The notes: a model not told the origin generated them from the letters alone. Counted from the stretch's first letter, positions 9,608 through 18,888 are shown. The stretch: DNA of 34,728 bases from a virus (IMGVR_UViG_2660237933_000001), one strand, 5' to 3'. Numbers and translations: made by a program.

Positions 9608-9970
9608 GCGGCAAAACGGGATGTGGGTAACGGGCAAAACCAAATTCCTGATATGTCAGCGTGGGAGTGTGGGGGAGATACAACGACGGGATGGAGGCGA
9701 AGCCCGGATGGTTATATTGAACAATGGGGGCTAACTGAGGCCACAACAAATGAAGTTTTGATTAATTTTCCTATCCCATTTCCGACAGCCGTCATTTCTA
9801 TTAATGAACATGACCAGGCTCCTGTGGCAGGGAAAATGTCAGTATGGCAATTCTATAAATTGACTAACTCAAATGTCATAGCAGAGAACCTGGGATCTCT
9901 TGATAAAGGAAATCCATCCTTCAATGTTCCAACTGTCGCTGGTTGCCGCTGGTTTGCTACAGGAAGATAA
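9596..9970 (+). CDS. Alternative tail-fibre C-terminal segment (silent orientation, no own start)
   Basis: Open frame runs through the left crossover site encoding ...GLGE-AAKRDVGNGQ...; the same GGTTTGGGAGAA (GLGE) codons occur in the H frame at the right site, so inversion gives an in-frame H fusion. Confidence 0.6.
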   Translation, partial: GLGEAAKRDVGNGQNQIPDMSAWECGGDTTTGWRRSPDGYIEQWGLTEATTNEVLINFPIPFPTAVISINEHDQAPVAGKMSVWQFYKLTNSNVIAENLGSLDKGNPSFNVPTVAGCRWFATGR

Positions 9971-9971
9971 A

Positions 9972-10412
9972 ATGAGTAAATATCTTTACGATGCAAAAAC
10001 TAATATGTTTTACCCATTTACTCTGGAAAGTCAGTATAAGGAGTCTGGGTTATGGCCTCATAATGGAGTTGAAGTTGATGAGGATATATTTATTAAGTAC
10101 CTGTCCCCACCTCCAGGGAAAGTGAGAGTTGCGGGTGATGATGGCTATCCTGCATGGGATGACGTACCGCCGCTAACTCATGAAGAACAACTGTCAGAAG
10201 CGGAACGAAAAAAACAGGCACTCATAAATCGAGTTAATGAATATATTAACAGTAAGCAGTGGCCAGGAAAGGCTGCTATTGGTCGTCTGAAAGGTGAGGA
10301 ACTGGCGCAATATAATTCATGGCTTGATTATCTGGACGCACTGGAAATGGTTGATATTTCCAGTGCTCCAGATATTGAATGGCCTACGCCTCCGGCTGTT
10401 CAGGCCAGATGA
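9972..10412 (+). CDS. Tail fibre assembly protein (alternative, for the silent fibre tip)
   Basis: Starts 1 nt after the alternative fibre segment stop (MSKYLYDAKTNMFYPF...); C-terminal ...LDYLDALEMVDISSAPDIEWPTPP parallels the other assembly protein; the ORF track shows a longer frame starting at 9900. Confidence 0.7.
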   Translation: MSKYLYDAKTNMFYPFTLESQYKESGLWPHNGVEVDEDIFIKYLSPPPGKVRVAGDDGYPAWDDVPPLTHEEQLSEAERKKQALINRVNEYINSKQWPGKAAIGRLKGEELAQYNSWLDYLDALEMVDISSAPDIEWPTPPAVQAR

Positions 10413-10977
10413 TATCCGGCGCGGTGCTGGTATCTGTTGCCGTCACCGCGTCAATGTAATCCAGCACGGCGTTAAGTCGGGTTGTTTCTGCCTGCGTCAG
10501 CTTCCGCCCGGCCTGCAATTTCAGTTGAATCAGACTGATGGAAGCCATTGCAGCATCAATCAGCGACTGGCGCTGTGCTTCTGCCGCGTCTACTGCGGCA
10601 CTATGCTGTGCCTCAGTATCTGTCACCCATTTCTCACCATCCCATTTATCGTATGGCGTTAACGGTGAAAGCGTGACATAACCGTCTTTGATGGCACCGA
10701 TATAATCCACTGTAACAGCTGCGCCATTTTCGATTGAGTAAGCAGTCTCATTGCGGTGGTCTTCTTCATGGCTCCATCCCTTACCCGTAAATACTGCCAC
10801 TTTCCCCGGAATGTATTCGCCCGGGTCAATACCAGTGGAACAGGCGGGCATACTTACACCAGTATTAATATATTCATCAGACCAGCCAGTATATTCAGAC
10901 GTTACTGCATCATAATAAAAACAACGCATATCACCCGGCACTGTAGCCAGCCCATTTTTATCAAAAACAGGTTTCAT
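10384..10977 (-). CDS. G: Tail fibre assembly protein (gpG/Tfa-like, expressed orientation)
   Basis: 197-aa ORF immediately downstream of H; C-terminal ...LDYIDAVTATDTSTAPDIIWPEQP motif typical of Tfa proteins. Confidence 0.8.
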   Translation of the reverse strand: MKPVFDKNGLATVPGDMRCFYYDAVTSEYTGWSDEYINTGVSMPACSTGIDPGEYIPGKVAVFTGKGWSHEEDHRNETAYSIENGAAVTVDYIGAIKDGYVTLSPLTPYDKWDGEKWVTDTEAQHSAAVDAAEAQRQSLIDAAMASISLIQLKLQAGRKLTQAETTRLNAVLDYIDAVTATDTSTAPDIIWPEQPEA

Positions 10978-12500
10978 TATTTAGCCCTTACTAAAAAGTT
11001 GAATGCAATGTTACGTGGGCGTGTTTCGGTGCCGCCTGGTACATTAAAAGCCGCAGCGGTGCCACTACCATCATCCTGACTAATACCACTCGTATATATG
11101 CCGTTCGAATTACGCTGGAGGGCGAAAACCGTTCTTGTTCCAGTACCAGCAGAAGGACCGTAGTATTGCAAATTAAATTGTTTCATCAGGTCAGACTGCG
11201 TACTAAGTAATCCACGTCCACTATCTACACCACGACCATCATCCCAGATACGAATGAAATCACCGCGGGCTTCAGGTAATACCAGCGAAGGAAACACTTT
11301 CGCCAGCACAGGGTAATCAGTGGCAGAGAATTTCGCGCCGTTGAACTTCAAAAACACCATACTGGACCAGCTGTCGATTACAGTATTTGGCATTGCCTCG
11401 GAGGGCCAGAAGAACGGAACGCCAATAGCTGGAGCGCCTTCTCCCAAACCAAGGTATGTGAGAAGACCAGCTACATCCTTTCCACTCAAATTAGTCAGCG
11501 TATTGTCCAGCGGTTGTTTACCTGCCAGCGCATTAAGCATTGTCGTGGCAAAGTTCGGGTCATTCCCCAGCGCTGCCGCCAGTTCGTTCAGTGTATCCAG
11601 TGCCGCAGGTGCAGAACCCACCATTGCCGCAATCGCCGATTTCACAAATGCCGTGGTGGCAATCTGTGTATTGTTGACCGACTGTGCCGCAGTAGGTGCG
11701 GTTGGCGTTCCGGTGAGTGCCGGACTCGACAGCGGCGCTTTCAGTGCCAGCGCATTGTTAATGGTGGTACTGAATTTCGGATCATTGTTAATGGCTGCGG
11801 CTATTTCTTTCAGCGTGTCCAACGTGGCTGGCGCACCATTAATAAGAGCCGTCAGAGCCGCCTGAACAAACGCGGTGGTCGCAATCTGCGTGGTGTTATT
11901 CCCTGCGGCTGGCGTTGGCGCTTTGGGTGTCCCGGTAAACGTCGGACTTTCTTTGGGTGCATACTGTGAATGCGGGTCCGGTGCGGCAAGATGTTTTGCC
12001 ATCTGATCATCCGCGTACACCTTCAGCTCCAGTGCCTTGTCATCCACATACTTGCGGGTTGCCAGCACTACGGCAGGGTCGATTTTCAGGGTGATATTGT
12101 CCGTGCTGCTGGTAATCAGCACCATGCGCACGGTCTGAGTGCGCCCGCTACCTTCAGCCAGTTGCGGCTTATAGCTTTCCGGGCAGTTGCCCACGGCAAT
12201 CAATGCCCCGGACTCATCAAACAAGCCCACTTCACGTATCCACCAACCGCCCTCGTTTTCAGGGATCACCTGTTCGGCAATAATCTGGCTGCTGTTCTGC
12301 GGGTCGATATAGAGCATATTCAGCGCAGCCCGGCGTTTCTCATTTACCAGTGCAGTCTGCTTTGAGTCTGGCGTTGGCAATACTCCGCCGCCATCGCCGA
12401 CCGCCATATGGGTAATTTTTAGCGGCACACCGAGCGCGGCGGCGCTGGCAAGTTTCGCCGCGCCAATATCCGTCAGCAGGGTATAAAATTTTGTGCTCAT
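10977..12500 (-). CDS. H: Tail fibre protein (P2 gpH-like)
   Basis: 507-aa ORF, N-terminus MSTKFYTLLTDIGAAKLASAAALGVPLKITHMAVGDGGG... recalled as gpH constant region; the C-terminal ~158 aa lie inside the invertible segment. Confidence 0.9.
   Translation of the reverse strand: MSTKFYTLLTDIGAAKLASAAALGVPLKITHMAVGDGGGVLPTPDSKQTALVNEKRRAALNMLYIDPQNSSQIIAEQVIPENEGGWWIREVGLFDESGALIAVGNCPESYKPQLAEGSGRTQTVRMVLITSSTDNITLKIDPAVVLATRKYVDDKALELKVYADDQMAKHLAAPDPHSQYAPKESPTFTGTPKAPTPAAGNNTTQIATTAFVQAALTALINGAPATLDTLKEIAAAINNDPKFSTTINNALALKAPLSSPALTGTPTAPTAAQSVNNTQIATTAFVKSAIAAMVGSAPAALDTLNELAAALGNDPNFATTMLNALAGKQPLDNTLTNLSGKDVAGLLTYLGLGEGAPAIGVPFFWPSEAMPNTVIDSWSSMVFLKFNGAKFSATDYPVLAKVFPSLVLPEARGDFIRIWDDGRGVDSGRGLLSTQSDLMKQFNLQYYGPSAGTGTRTVFALQRNSNGIYTSGISQDDGSGTAAAFNVPGGTETRPRNIAFNFLVRAK
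11439..11464. repeat. Inversion crossover site, right (26 bp)
   Basis: TTCTCCCAAACC-AA-GGTATGTGAGAA inside H, inverted relative to 9582-9607. Confidence 0.65.
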
Positions 12501-13102
12501 GGATTCACTCTCATTGTGTCAATAACATGGACCGCCCCGCCTTCATGCGCGGTGCCGCCAGAAATAATTGTTTCGTTGATATACGGATAGATCGTGATTT
12601 CTTCGCCAAGATAGCTGGCGGCCCCCACCCAATGCGGACCGCTGGTCTGCAGATTGATGGACATGCCGATCATGTGACGGCTACATGGTTTGGCATCGCT
12701 TATCAGCCGCTCAAGTTCCAGATAGGTATCTTCAGTGATGCCCTGGTCCTGCACGCCGATATCCAGGCGAAACGTGCCCGGTGTTTCTCCGGTCTGCCAC
12801 CACTCAATAATGCGGATCAGGAATCCGAACGGTTCCACCACCCGCCGCACGGCACTGGTGGTTCCTTTATGCTGATGAATATAAAAAGCATCCTTCACTA
12901 CCTGGCGTTTGACGCTTTCTGTCCAGCCCTCGTCCCAGCGATCCACAGAGAACGCCCAGGCGAGATAAGGCAGGAAGTTGACCGGACAGGTAGCCGGATT
13001 CCACAAGTCACGCAGCGGCACCTGCAAATCAGAAATCCCGCTACAGGTTTGCGCCAGTCGGCGCTCCAGTGAAGTTGAACCCGGTGGCAGCAGACTATTC
13101 AT
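12497..13102 (-). CDS. I: Baseplate protein (P2 gpI-like)
   Basis: 201-aa ORF, synteny J-I-H and recalled similarity. Confidence 0.85.
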   Translation of the reverse strand: MNSLLPPGSTSLERRLAQTCSGISDLQVPLRDLWNPATCPVNFLPYLAWAFSVDRWDEGWTESVKRQVVKDAFYIHQHKGTTSAVRRVVEPFGFLIRIIEWWQTGETPGTFRLDIGVQDQGITEDTYLELERLISDAKPCSRHMIGMSINLQTSGPHWVGAASYLGEEITIYPYINETIISGGTAHEGGAVHVIDTMRVNP

Positions 13103-14003
13103 CCGTTCCTCCGTTGGTTACGCTCCACTGCGTACATGATGCCGCCTGTGTTTTGTTCAGGACCACATCCGCCAGCGGAGAAGCCAGTTCCACACGTTGA
13201 ACACCCTCAACATGCAGAGCAGCAAAGATGGCGCTACGGCGAATATCCCGACCAAGCCTCGTCTGGCTGGCAATGTACTTCTGCAGACTGGCTTTTGCCG
13301 CTGCCATTACCGGCTCTGCTTCCGGTCCCGGATAGAGAAAAATGGTGGCTTCCACGCGATACGGGATGATTTCTGCGCTGCGAACCGTAAGACGGTCAGC
13401 CACCGGGCGGACGTTCTCACTGTTCAGAGCTTTTTCCACCACGTCCAGCAGGTCTTTTTCTGCAGTTCCATCGCCTTCGCGGCTAAGGACAGTCAGCACC
13501 ACCTCTGCAGGTGCCGGGCTGGTTGCACTGGCATCCGCCACCCGACCGTCGGCGCTTCGGGCATGAAATTCATAAGCTGCAGTTGGCCCCGCAACAGAAA
13601 GCCCTTCAAAGGCTGCAGGCACACGCAGGCGCAACGCTTCATCGCTTTCCATCACAGCTGCAACGGGCGGCACAGCATCATTATCAGCAGGCGTCACCGT
13701 CAGGCGTGTCACGTTGTAGTTGGCAGCGAGCTGGTCAAGATCGCCGCCCATCGCGTAAGCCACCATCACCGCCTGCGCGGCTTCGTTAATGCGCTGGCGC
13801 AGAAGCAACTCACGGTAAACGTTCTCCTGCAACAATTTAGTGGCGGGTTCAGATTCCAGTTCCAGCGTGCGGATCACTGCTTCCTGCTCATCTTTCGGAT
13901 GAAGCGCCACAAATTCTGCCTTGCGTTCGGCAAGCAGCGTCTCAAAGTCCGGCACATCCACAATCTGCGGTGCAGGCAACTGCGAAAGGTCAATCACTGC
14001 CAT
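13095..14003 (-). CDS. J: Baseplate protein J (P2 gpJ-like)
   Basis: Start placed at MAVIDLSQLPAPQIVDV... (gpJ-like N-terminus), 14 bp overlap with W. Confidence 0.85.
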   Translation of the reverse strand: MAVIDLSQLPAPQIVDVPDFETLLAERKAEFVALHPKDEQEAVIRTLELESEPATKLLQENVYRELLLRQRINEAAQAVMVAYAMGGDLDQLAANYNVTRLTVTPADNDAVPPVAAVMESDEALRLRVPAAFEGLSVAGPTAAYEFHARSADGRVADASATSPAPAEVVLTVLSREGDGTAEKDLLDVVEKALNSENVRPVADRLTVRSAEIIPYRVEATIFLYPGPEAEPVMAAAKASLQKYIASQTRLGRDIRRSAIFAALHVEGVQRVELASPLADVVLNKTQAASCTQWSVTNGGTDE

Positions 14004-14349
14004 TCTCTGCTCCTGTTGATACGGAAAGGGACACAGGCACACCGTTATTCCGCCGCCCGGTCAGCTCCACCACCATTGAACCGTCAAAATTGCTGTTGAT
14101 GGTGATGGAATCCAGCGTCAACCGTGGCTCCCAGCGACTCAGCGCCACATACACTGCCGACATGACCTGCAGGCGTAATGTCGGATTTTGTGGCTGATCT
14201 ATCAGTGCCGACAGCAGGGAACCATATTCCCGGCGGGCAATACGGCTACCCTGCGGTGTCAGCAGAATGTCCCGCACCGACTGGCGCAGATGATCAATAT
14301 CAGTAATGACTTTGCCGCTGGTATTGTTCATCCCGCTATAAAGCGTCAT
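13990..14349 (-). CDS. W: Baseplate wedge protein W (gp25-like)
   Basis: 119-aa ORF, synteny and recalled GPW/gp25 family similarity. Confidence 0.85.
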   Translation of the reverse strand: MTLYSGMNNTSGKVITDIDHLRQSVRDILLTPQGSRIARREYGSLLSALIDQPQNPTLRLQVMSAVYVALSRWEPRLTLDSITINSNFDGSMVVELTGRRNNGVPVSLSVSTGAENGSD

Positions 14350-14924
14350 ACCGGGCCTCCGGTTGTATCGCCGCCTTTCAGGACGCCAGTATGCTGATGC
14401 GCATCAACCACGATCCCGTTAGAACTCATCGCTCCGCCGCCCTGGGTAACGCCACCATTGATCACCACTTCGCTGTTAATGCGCGTGCGGTCAGCCTCCA
14501 GTACAAACTCACTGGTTTTCATGGTGATGTTGTCAGCGGCCTCAATGACCATTGATTTGATGCCCCTGACATACCAGCGCCCGGTGGCGGGTTCGTATTC
14601 AAACCAGCCACCGTCAGGATGTTCTGTCACGCAGGCGTCCGCCGACGTCGACGGTGGCGCGAACTGATTCGAATAGATGGCGGGTAACGCAAAGGCGGTT
14701 TCCAGATTGCCGCCCAGACTCAGCAGCACCACCTGCTCACCTTCCGATGGTCGCCACCATGTGCGGGCATTCCCGGCACGCAGCGTCAGCCAGCTGATCC
14801 AGTTGGTTTCAAGCTCGCCCGTTTTCACCCGGCAAAGCCAGTTTTCCCTGTCCACTTCGGTGACTACCCCTGTGCGGATCAGGTTGGTGATAAGGCGCAT
14901 GATTTCGGTTAATTGTGCGTTCAT
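14346..14924 (-). CDS. V: Baseplate spike protein V
   Basis: 192-aa ORF MNAQLTEIMRLITNLIRTGVVTEVD... recalled as gpV family. Confidence 0.85.
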   Translation of the reverse strand: MNAQLTEIMRLITNLIRTGVVTEVDRENWLCRVKTGELETNWISWLTLRAGNARTWWRPSEGEQVVLLSLGGNLETAFALPAIYSNQFAPPSTSADACVTEHPDGGWFEYEPATGRWYVRGIKSMVIEAADNITMKTSEFVLEADRTRINSEVVINGGVTQGGGAMSSNGIVVDAHQHTGVLKGGDTTGGPV

Positions 14925-14970
14925 AGGGAAAGGTTGCCATCAGGGGAAGAAAGGCGGCAGTGCTGCAACT

Positions 14971-14988
14971 TGTATCAGTGCTGATACA
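14971..14988. promoter_or_regulatory. Perfect palindrome TGTATCAG-TG-CTGATACA (TGT-N12-ACA) between S and V
   Basis: Lies in the 68-bp S-V intergenic gap where P2 carries its pV late promoter; could instead be a stem-loop. Confidence 0.3.
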
Positions 14989-14992
14989 AAGA

Positions 14993-15439
14993 TCACCCCG
15001 CCAGCCATTGCAGAATCATGTCGCGGGTCATTGCCTCAACATCATCATTTACACCCAGCAGGCGGCGCTCTGCGTAACGGACCTCCGGTCCTTTGCGACT
15101 GACGCGATCACGCAGGCCGTAATGGTGAACACGGGCAATACGCTGCACCTTGCCTTCAAACTGTACGCTGGCAGAGTCGGCGCTGGCGGCAGTTTTCAGG
15201 TATTTTGTGGTGCGCAGCTTTGCAAACATCTGACGTTTGATGCGCCCCTTCTTGCTGCGTGCTGTTACCCTGCGCGGTTCATAACTGCTGCCATCTGGAT
15301 TGCGCTGCATCCTGATATTCTGCTGCTGTGTCCGGCGCAGTTCCTGCGCCAGCTGGCGCATCATGCGGCTTCTCGTGGCTGGTTCCAGATTCGCCAGCAA
15401 GGCACTCAGCCAGTCGTCCACCTTCTGCAGTTCAGCCAC
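14993..15439 (-). CDS. S: Tail completion / virion morphogenesis protein S
   Basis: 148-aa ORF, synteny R-S-V and recalled family similarity. Confidence 0.8.
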   Translation of the reverse strand: MAELQKVDDWLSALLANLEPATRSRMMRQLAQELRRTQQQNIRMQRNPDGSSYEPRRVTARSKKGRIKRQMFAKLRTTKYLKTAASADSASVQFEGKVQRIARVHHYGLRDRVSRKGPEVRYAERRLLGVNDDVEAMTRDMILQWLAG

Positions 15440-15884
15440 GTTTCACCGTCCACATTTCTTCAGGTTCATCGGGTTCTGCTACAGCTTCAACGCTCGACAC
15501 ACTGCCGTCAGTGCTGACCAGCACACGTTCCGTCAGTTGCAGGTTAAGGCTGATATCACAGACATCGTTGCGCAAAATATCCACATCAAAGGTGAATAGC
15601 TTTTCCCGTAACGCCGGGTTATTGATGGCATCGGGCTGGTTATCCCGAAGCCACAGTAAAACCGGGGCCATCAGCAGATTCTGGTCGCCGCTGAAATCCT
15701 CTATCACCACGTTCAGGGTGTAGCGGTACTCCCATGACATGGAGCTGGCCCCCGTGGCAACCAGCGAACCGTTATCCACAAACAGATGCAGTTTGTCCGG
15801 GTTATTGCGGACATAAGGCACCGCTTTATTGAGGGCGTGGCGCAGGGATTGTGGTTTGTTCACTGTTTCGCTCCTGACACGCAA
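15432..15884 (-). CDS. R: Tail completion protein R
   Basis: 150-aa ORF, synteny; start uncertain. Confidence 0.75.
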   Translation of the reverse strand: MRVRSETVNKPQSLRHALNKAVPYVRNNPDKLHLFVDNGSLVATGASSMSWEYRYTLNVVIEDFSGDQNLLMAPVLLWLRDNQPDAINNPALREKLFTFDVDILRNDVCDISLNLQLTERVLVSTDGSVSSVEAVAEPDEPEEMWTVKRG

Positions 15885-16116
15885 TAATCATGTCCACTTT
15901 GTCTGCACAGACCGCCCAGGCGGCCTCCGTTTCATCCAGCAACGCGTTCAGGTCACCGTTAGTGCGCGGCGCTGCCTGCCCCAGCCGACACGGCGTCACT
16001 CGCGGACAACCACTGACGGTAAGCTGCACCTCCGGTGAGTGTGGGGCGTTCCCGCAGCCGGATAATGTCAGCAGGCAAAGGAGTATCAGCCCAGCGGCGT
16101 AAATCCTCGTTCTCAC
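15826..16116 (-). CDS. lysC: LysC (Rz1-like outer-membrane lipoprotein spanin), nested in lysB/R
   Basis: Alternative frame overlapping the lysB 3' half; signal peptide ending in lipobox LTLSGC. Confidence 0.55.
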   Translation of the reverse strand: MRTRIYAAGLILLCLLTLSGCGNAPHSPEVQLTVSGCPRVTPCRLGQAAPRTNGDLNALLDETEAAWAVCADKVDMIIACQERNSEQTTIPAPRPQ

Positions 16117-16387
16117 GTTTCAGTTCCTCAATCCGGTGTTGTCGTTGTCTCAGTAGTGCGCTGGTCTGTTCTGCGTCGGCATAGAGTCGCGCCTGCTCCC
16201 GGTTGTTGGTTTCTGTCAGAATGGACAGGCTGATAAGCTGGCTGTTGCTCTTTGCCAGTGCCTGGCTTTTGCTCTGCAGCTCATCTGCCTGCGTGCTGAT
16301 GGTCTGGCTGGCATCAGCCAGCCGCCACGTCTGCCAGCCCAGCGCCGCCAGTAATAACGCCAGCACAACCAGCAGCAACCGGTTCAT
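15959..16387 (-). CDS. lysB: LysB (Rz-like inner-membrane spanin)
   Basis: 142-aa ORF with N-terminal transmembrane segment MNRLLLVVLALLLAALGW and coiled-coil rest. Confidence 0.8.
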   Translation of the reverse strand: MNRLLLVVLALLLAALGWQTWRLADASQTISTQADELQSKSQALAKSNSQLISLSILTETNNREQARLYADAEQTSALLRQRQHRIEELKRENEDLRRWADTPLPADIIRLRERPTLTGGAAYRQWLSASDAVSAGAGSAAH

Positions 16388-16761
16388 GCTGCTACCTGTT
16401 GCGCCATCTGATTACGGGTGATCCAGAAGGCAATAACGGTCAGTAGATAAAAGACCAGGGTAAGAGCCCACCCCGTCCAGGCGAGACTGACGACAATCAG
16501 CAATCGCATCATCCAGCTGATAAATACGTTTTCTTTTCGGGTAATTGTCTTCAGCAAAGATGCCCTCAACTCCTGCCAGAGCGGGCCGTTCTTAATTAAC
16601 GCAGCCAGTGATACCGGAATTACTGCCCATGTCAGCAGGCAGGCTACCCAGACACCAGATGCTGCCAGTACCGGAAAAATCCCCTGCGGATACACCATTG
16701 CGGCGATTAACAGCGCTATCCATAACATCAGAAACAGCCCGCTGATTACTTTCTTTTTCAT
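16384..16761 (-). CDS. lysA: LysA-like membrane protein (lysis timing)
   Basis: Start placed at MKKKVISGLFLMLWIALLIAAMV...; multiple hydrophobic segments; position between K and lysB. Confidence 0.7.
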   Translation of the reverse strand: MKKKVISGLFLMLWIALLIAAMVYPQGIFPVLAASGVWVACLLTWAVIPVSLAALIKNGPLWQELRASLLKTITRKENVFISWMMRLLIVVSLAWTGWALTLVFYLLTVIAFWITRNQMAQQVAA

Positions 16762-16762
16762 T

Positions 16763-17275
16763 TCAGTTTGCTCCCTGTAAGCACCAGGCCATCTCCCGCG
16801 CACGGCGGTTATCCAGCCCCTGATTAAACACACCTTTTACATACACCCAGCGCGGCAACTGTCGGCACGCATCCGCCCAGCGCCGCTGATTGAGCAATTT
16901 CACCAGCGTGGAACTGCAGGCATTGCCCGTACCCACGTTGAAGGCAAACGACACCGCAGCGTCATACACCTTCTGCGGCGGCTGTTGCTTCACACACCTT
17001 TCCAGCGCCCGCTCCACACGCAGCACGTTGGAGATCAGCCCTTCTGCTGCCTGTCGCTCCGTAATGGTTTTGCCGGGAATGACGCCCGACGTATTACCAA
17101 TGCCGTCGGTCCAGACACCCGCGCTGCACTGATACGGCTGCAGACGACAACCTTCGTAATCGGCAATCAGTTTCAGCCCTTCCACGGAGGTGTGAAGCTG
17201 CTGAAAACCCGGCAGCGTGGCAGCAATAGCCAGCACGGCCCCGACAAGGCAGCGTTTAACGATTGATGGATTCAT
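16763..17275 (-). CDS. K: Endolysin (lysozyme-like) with N-terminal signal-anchor-like segment
   Basis: 170-aa ORF; hydrophobic N-terminus MNPSIVKRCLVGAVLAIAATLPG followed by a lysozyme-like EGLKLIADYEGCRLQPYQCSAGVWTDGIGNT motif. Confidence 0.8.
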   Translation of the reverse strand: MNPSIVKRCLVGAVLAIAATLPGFQQLHTSVEGLKLIADYEGCRLQPYQCSAGVWTDGIGNTSGVIPGKTITERQAAEGLISNVLRVERALERCVKQQPPQKVYDAAVSFAFNVGTGNACSSTLVKLLNQRRWADACRQLPRWVYVKGVFNQGLDNRRAREMAWCLQGAN

Positions 17276-17471
17276 AGTCCTCCCGCGAGATCTGCCCGTC
17301 GCGCAGAAGCTGGTAGGCTTTGTGTTTGTAGTACCAGTTGATAGCCAGCATCAGCACACCGATCATCAGGCCGCCCAGCGTTGAGGCATCCTTGATGGAC
17401 AAATCGCCCAGCCAGGCCAGCACGACGGCGATGCAATACGTGATAAAGGCGCTGATTCGCTCAAGCGTCAT
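17256..17471 (-). CDS. Y: Putative holin
   Basis: 71-aa ORF with two hydrophobic segments and a charged C-terminus, directly upstream of the endolysin. Confidence 0.6.
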   Translation of the reverse strand: MTLERISAFITYCIAVVLAWLGDLSIKDASTLGGLMIGVLMLAINWYYKHKAYQLLRDGQISREDYESINR

Positions 17472-17474
17472 AAT

Positions 17475-17678
17475 TCAGTCCCATAGCTGGACGGTCTGCA
17501 CGGTGGTGGTTGTCGGAATGTCCGGCAGCTCCACCTGCAGCCCGTGAGGTAAAAAGGGGCCGTATTCGGCAAGCCCCGGATTTGCCTTCAGTACCTGCTC
17601 CGTGACACCCTGCGTGCGCCCGTAATGACGCCAGCAAAGTGCGTCCACCGTGTCATACTGATGCGCACGCACTTTCAT
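17475..17678 (-). CDS. X: Tail protein X (LysM-like)
   Basis: 67-aa ORF MKVRAHQYDTVDALCWRHYGRTQGVTEQVLKANPGLAEYG... recalled as gpX family. Confidence 0.8.
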   Translation of the reverse strand: MKVRAHQYDTVDALCWRHYGRTQGVTEQVLKANPGLAEYGPFLPHGLQVELPDIPTTTTVQTVQLWD

Positions 17679-18205
17679 CAGATAAGCTCCACTGTGCAGT
17701 GCGGCGCATCCTGCACCCGGCTGATGGCCCAGCGGGCGTCACGCCATAAATCACCGCTTGCTTCCGCCAGTTCCTCGCCTCGCTTCGCACCGGATGCCGT
17801 GGCGTCATAGTCCTGGTAACGTTCGTTGAGCATGGCGCGTGCCCAGCAGTAAACCGCGTTGAAATAGTGCTGAATGCGCTCGCTTTTGCCGTCCAGTTGT
17901 TCCGCCGGGACTTCTGCCAGCGAGGCATACCCCAGCATCTGCTGGCGTCTGCGAAACTCATACAGCTCTGCGTTGACCTCCGAAATTGCCGACAGGGCAA
18001 CCTGTTTTAAACGCGGCTGCGTCACCGTGCCGTCAGTGCGCATCACACTGCGAAACTCCGACAGCTCCACATCAGGCCAGAACGGCGTATTCCTGATGAT
18101 TTCCGCCTGTTCCGGTGCCTGTTCTGGCGCAACAAACTTCATGCTGCTTTCTCCTGAAATAGAGGGCGGTGGACGGGGTTTTGATGTGGCAGTGCCTTTC
18201 GCCAC
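17678..18205 (-). CDS. L: Capsid completion protein L
   Basis: Synteny and recalled similarity; the true start may be the internal MKFVAPEQ... Confidence 0.75.
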   Translation of the reverse strand: MAKGTATSKPRPPPSISGESSMKFVAPEQAPEQAEIIRNTPFWPDVELSEFRSVMRTDGTVTQPRLKQVALSAISEVNAELYEFRRRQQMLGYASLAEVPAEQLDGKSERIQHYFNAVYCWARAMLNERYQDYDATASGAKRGEELAEASGDLWRDARWAISRVQDAPHCTVELI

Positions 18206-18237
18206 CCCGTGCCGCCCGTGCGCGGGGGCACGTTCTG

Positions 18238-18888
18238 TCAGCGGCTGTCATTGCGCAGTCTGCGCTCCAGCTGCTGTTTGTCTTTTTTCACGCCACAGCG
18301 GGGATCGAGCTGTAACGCATGGTTGAGATGATTAAGGGCAGACGCCGGATTTCTTTCACTCAGGACAGCGCCAATCGCTTTATGCAGACGCGCCCGTGAC
18401 TGGTCCGGCATATCCATACCGTCTGTCAGCTCCAGGGTCTGCAGCAACAGATCGGCATCAAAGCCGGTGGCGGCAAGCATTGCGCTCTGGGCTGCATCTG
18501 CCATTTCCTCTGCCAGCACGGTCTGCACGTTGCGGTTACCTAACGGCATCACCCAGCCATGACGCAGGGCGTGACACCCGATCTCCAGCGCCCCGGCATA
18601 ATCTCCGGCATCAATGCGCCACAGCATCACGTACATCAGCACGTCATCCTGTTGAGCGCCTCCGGCAGCCAGGACACCCTCCGCCCAGGCGGCGTACTTC
18701 GGCAGCAGCTCCACCTTGATTTCCGCTTTTTTGACCGTGGACTGAACGCCCTTGAGACGGCGGCGGTCTTCCGCCAGTTGCAGCAGCATCAGGTCATAGC
18801 CCGACGCGTGGCGAACGCTGCCGCCCTCGCGGGCGGCCTGTTCAGCCTGAACGCGCAGGCGATGCTGCCGTGCGGGACTCAGGCTCAT
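18238..18888 (-). CDS. M: Terminase small (endonuclease) subunit M
   Basis: 216-aa ORF MSLSPARQHRLRVQAEQAAREGG... recalled as gpM family. Confidence 0.85.
   Translation of the reverse strand: MSLSPARQHRLRVQAEQAAREGGSVRHASGYDLMLLQLAEDRRRLKGVQSTVKKAEIKVELLPKYAAWAEGVLAAGGAQQDDVLMYVMLWRIDAGDYAGALEIGCHALRHGWVMPLGNRNVQTVLAEEMADAAQSAMLAATGFDADLLLQTLELTDGMDMPDQSRARLHKAIGAVLSERNPASALNHLNHALQLDPRCGVKKDKQQLERRLRNDSR

Noticed and set aside
13197-14099. 300-aa plus-strand ORF across the J/W region
   Set aside because: Entirely antisense to baseplate genes J and W, which have recognisable phage-family sequences; Cys/Arg/His-rich translation typical of GC-rich antisense frames.
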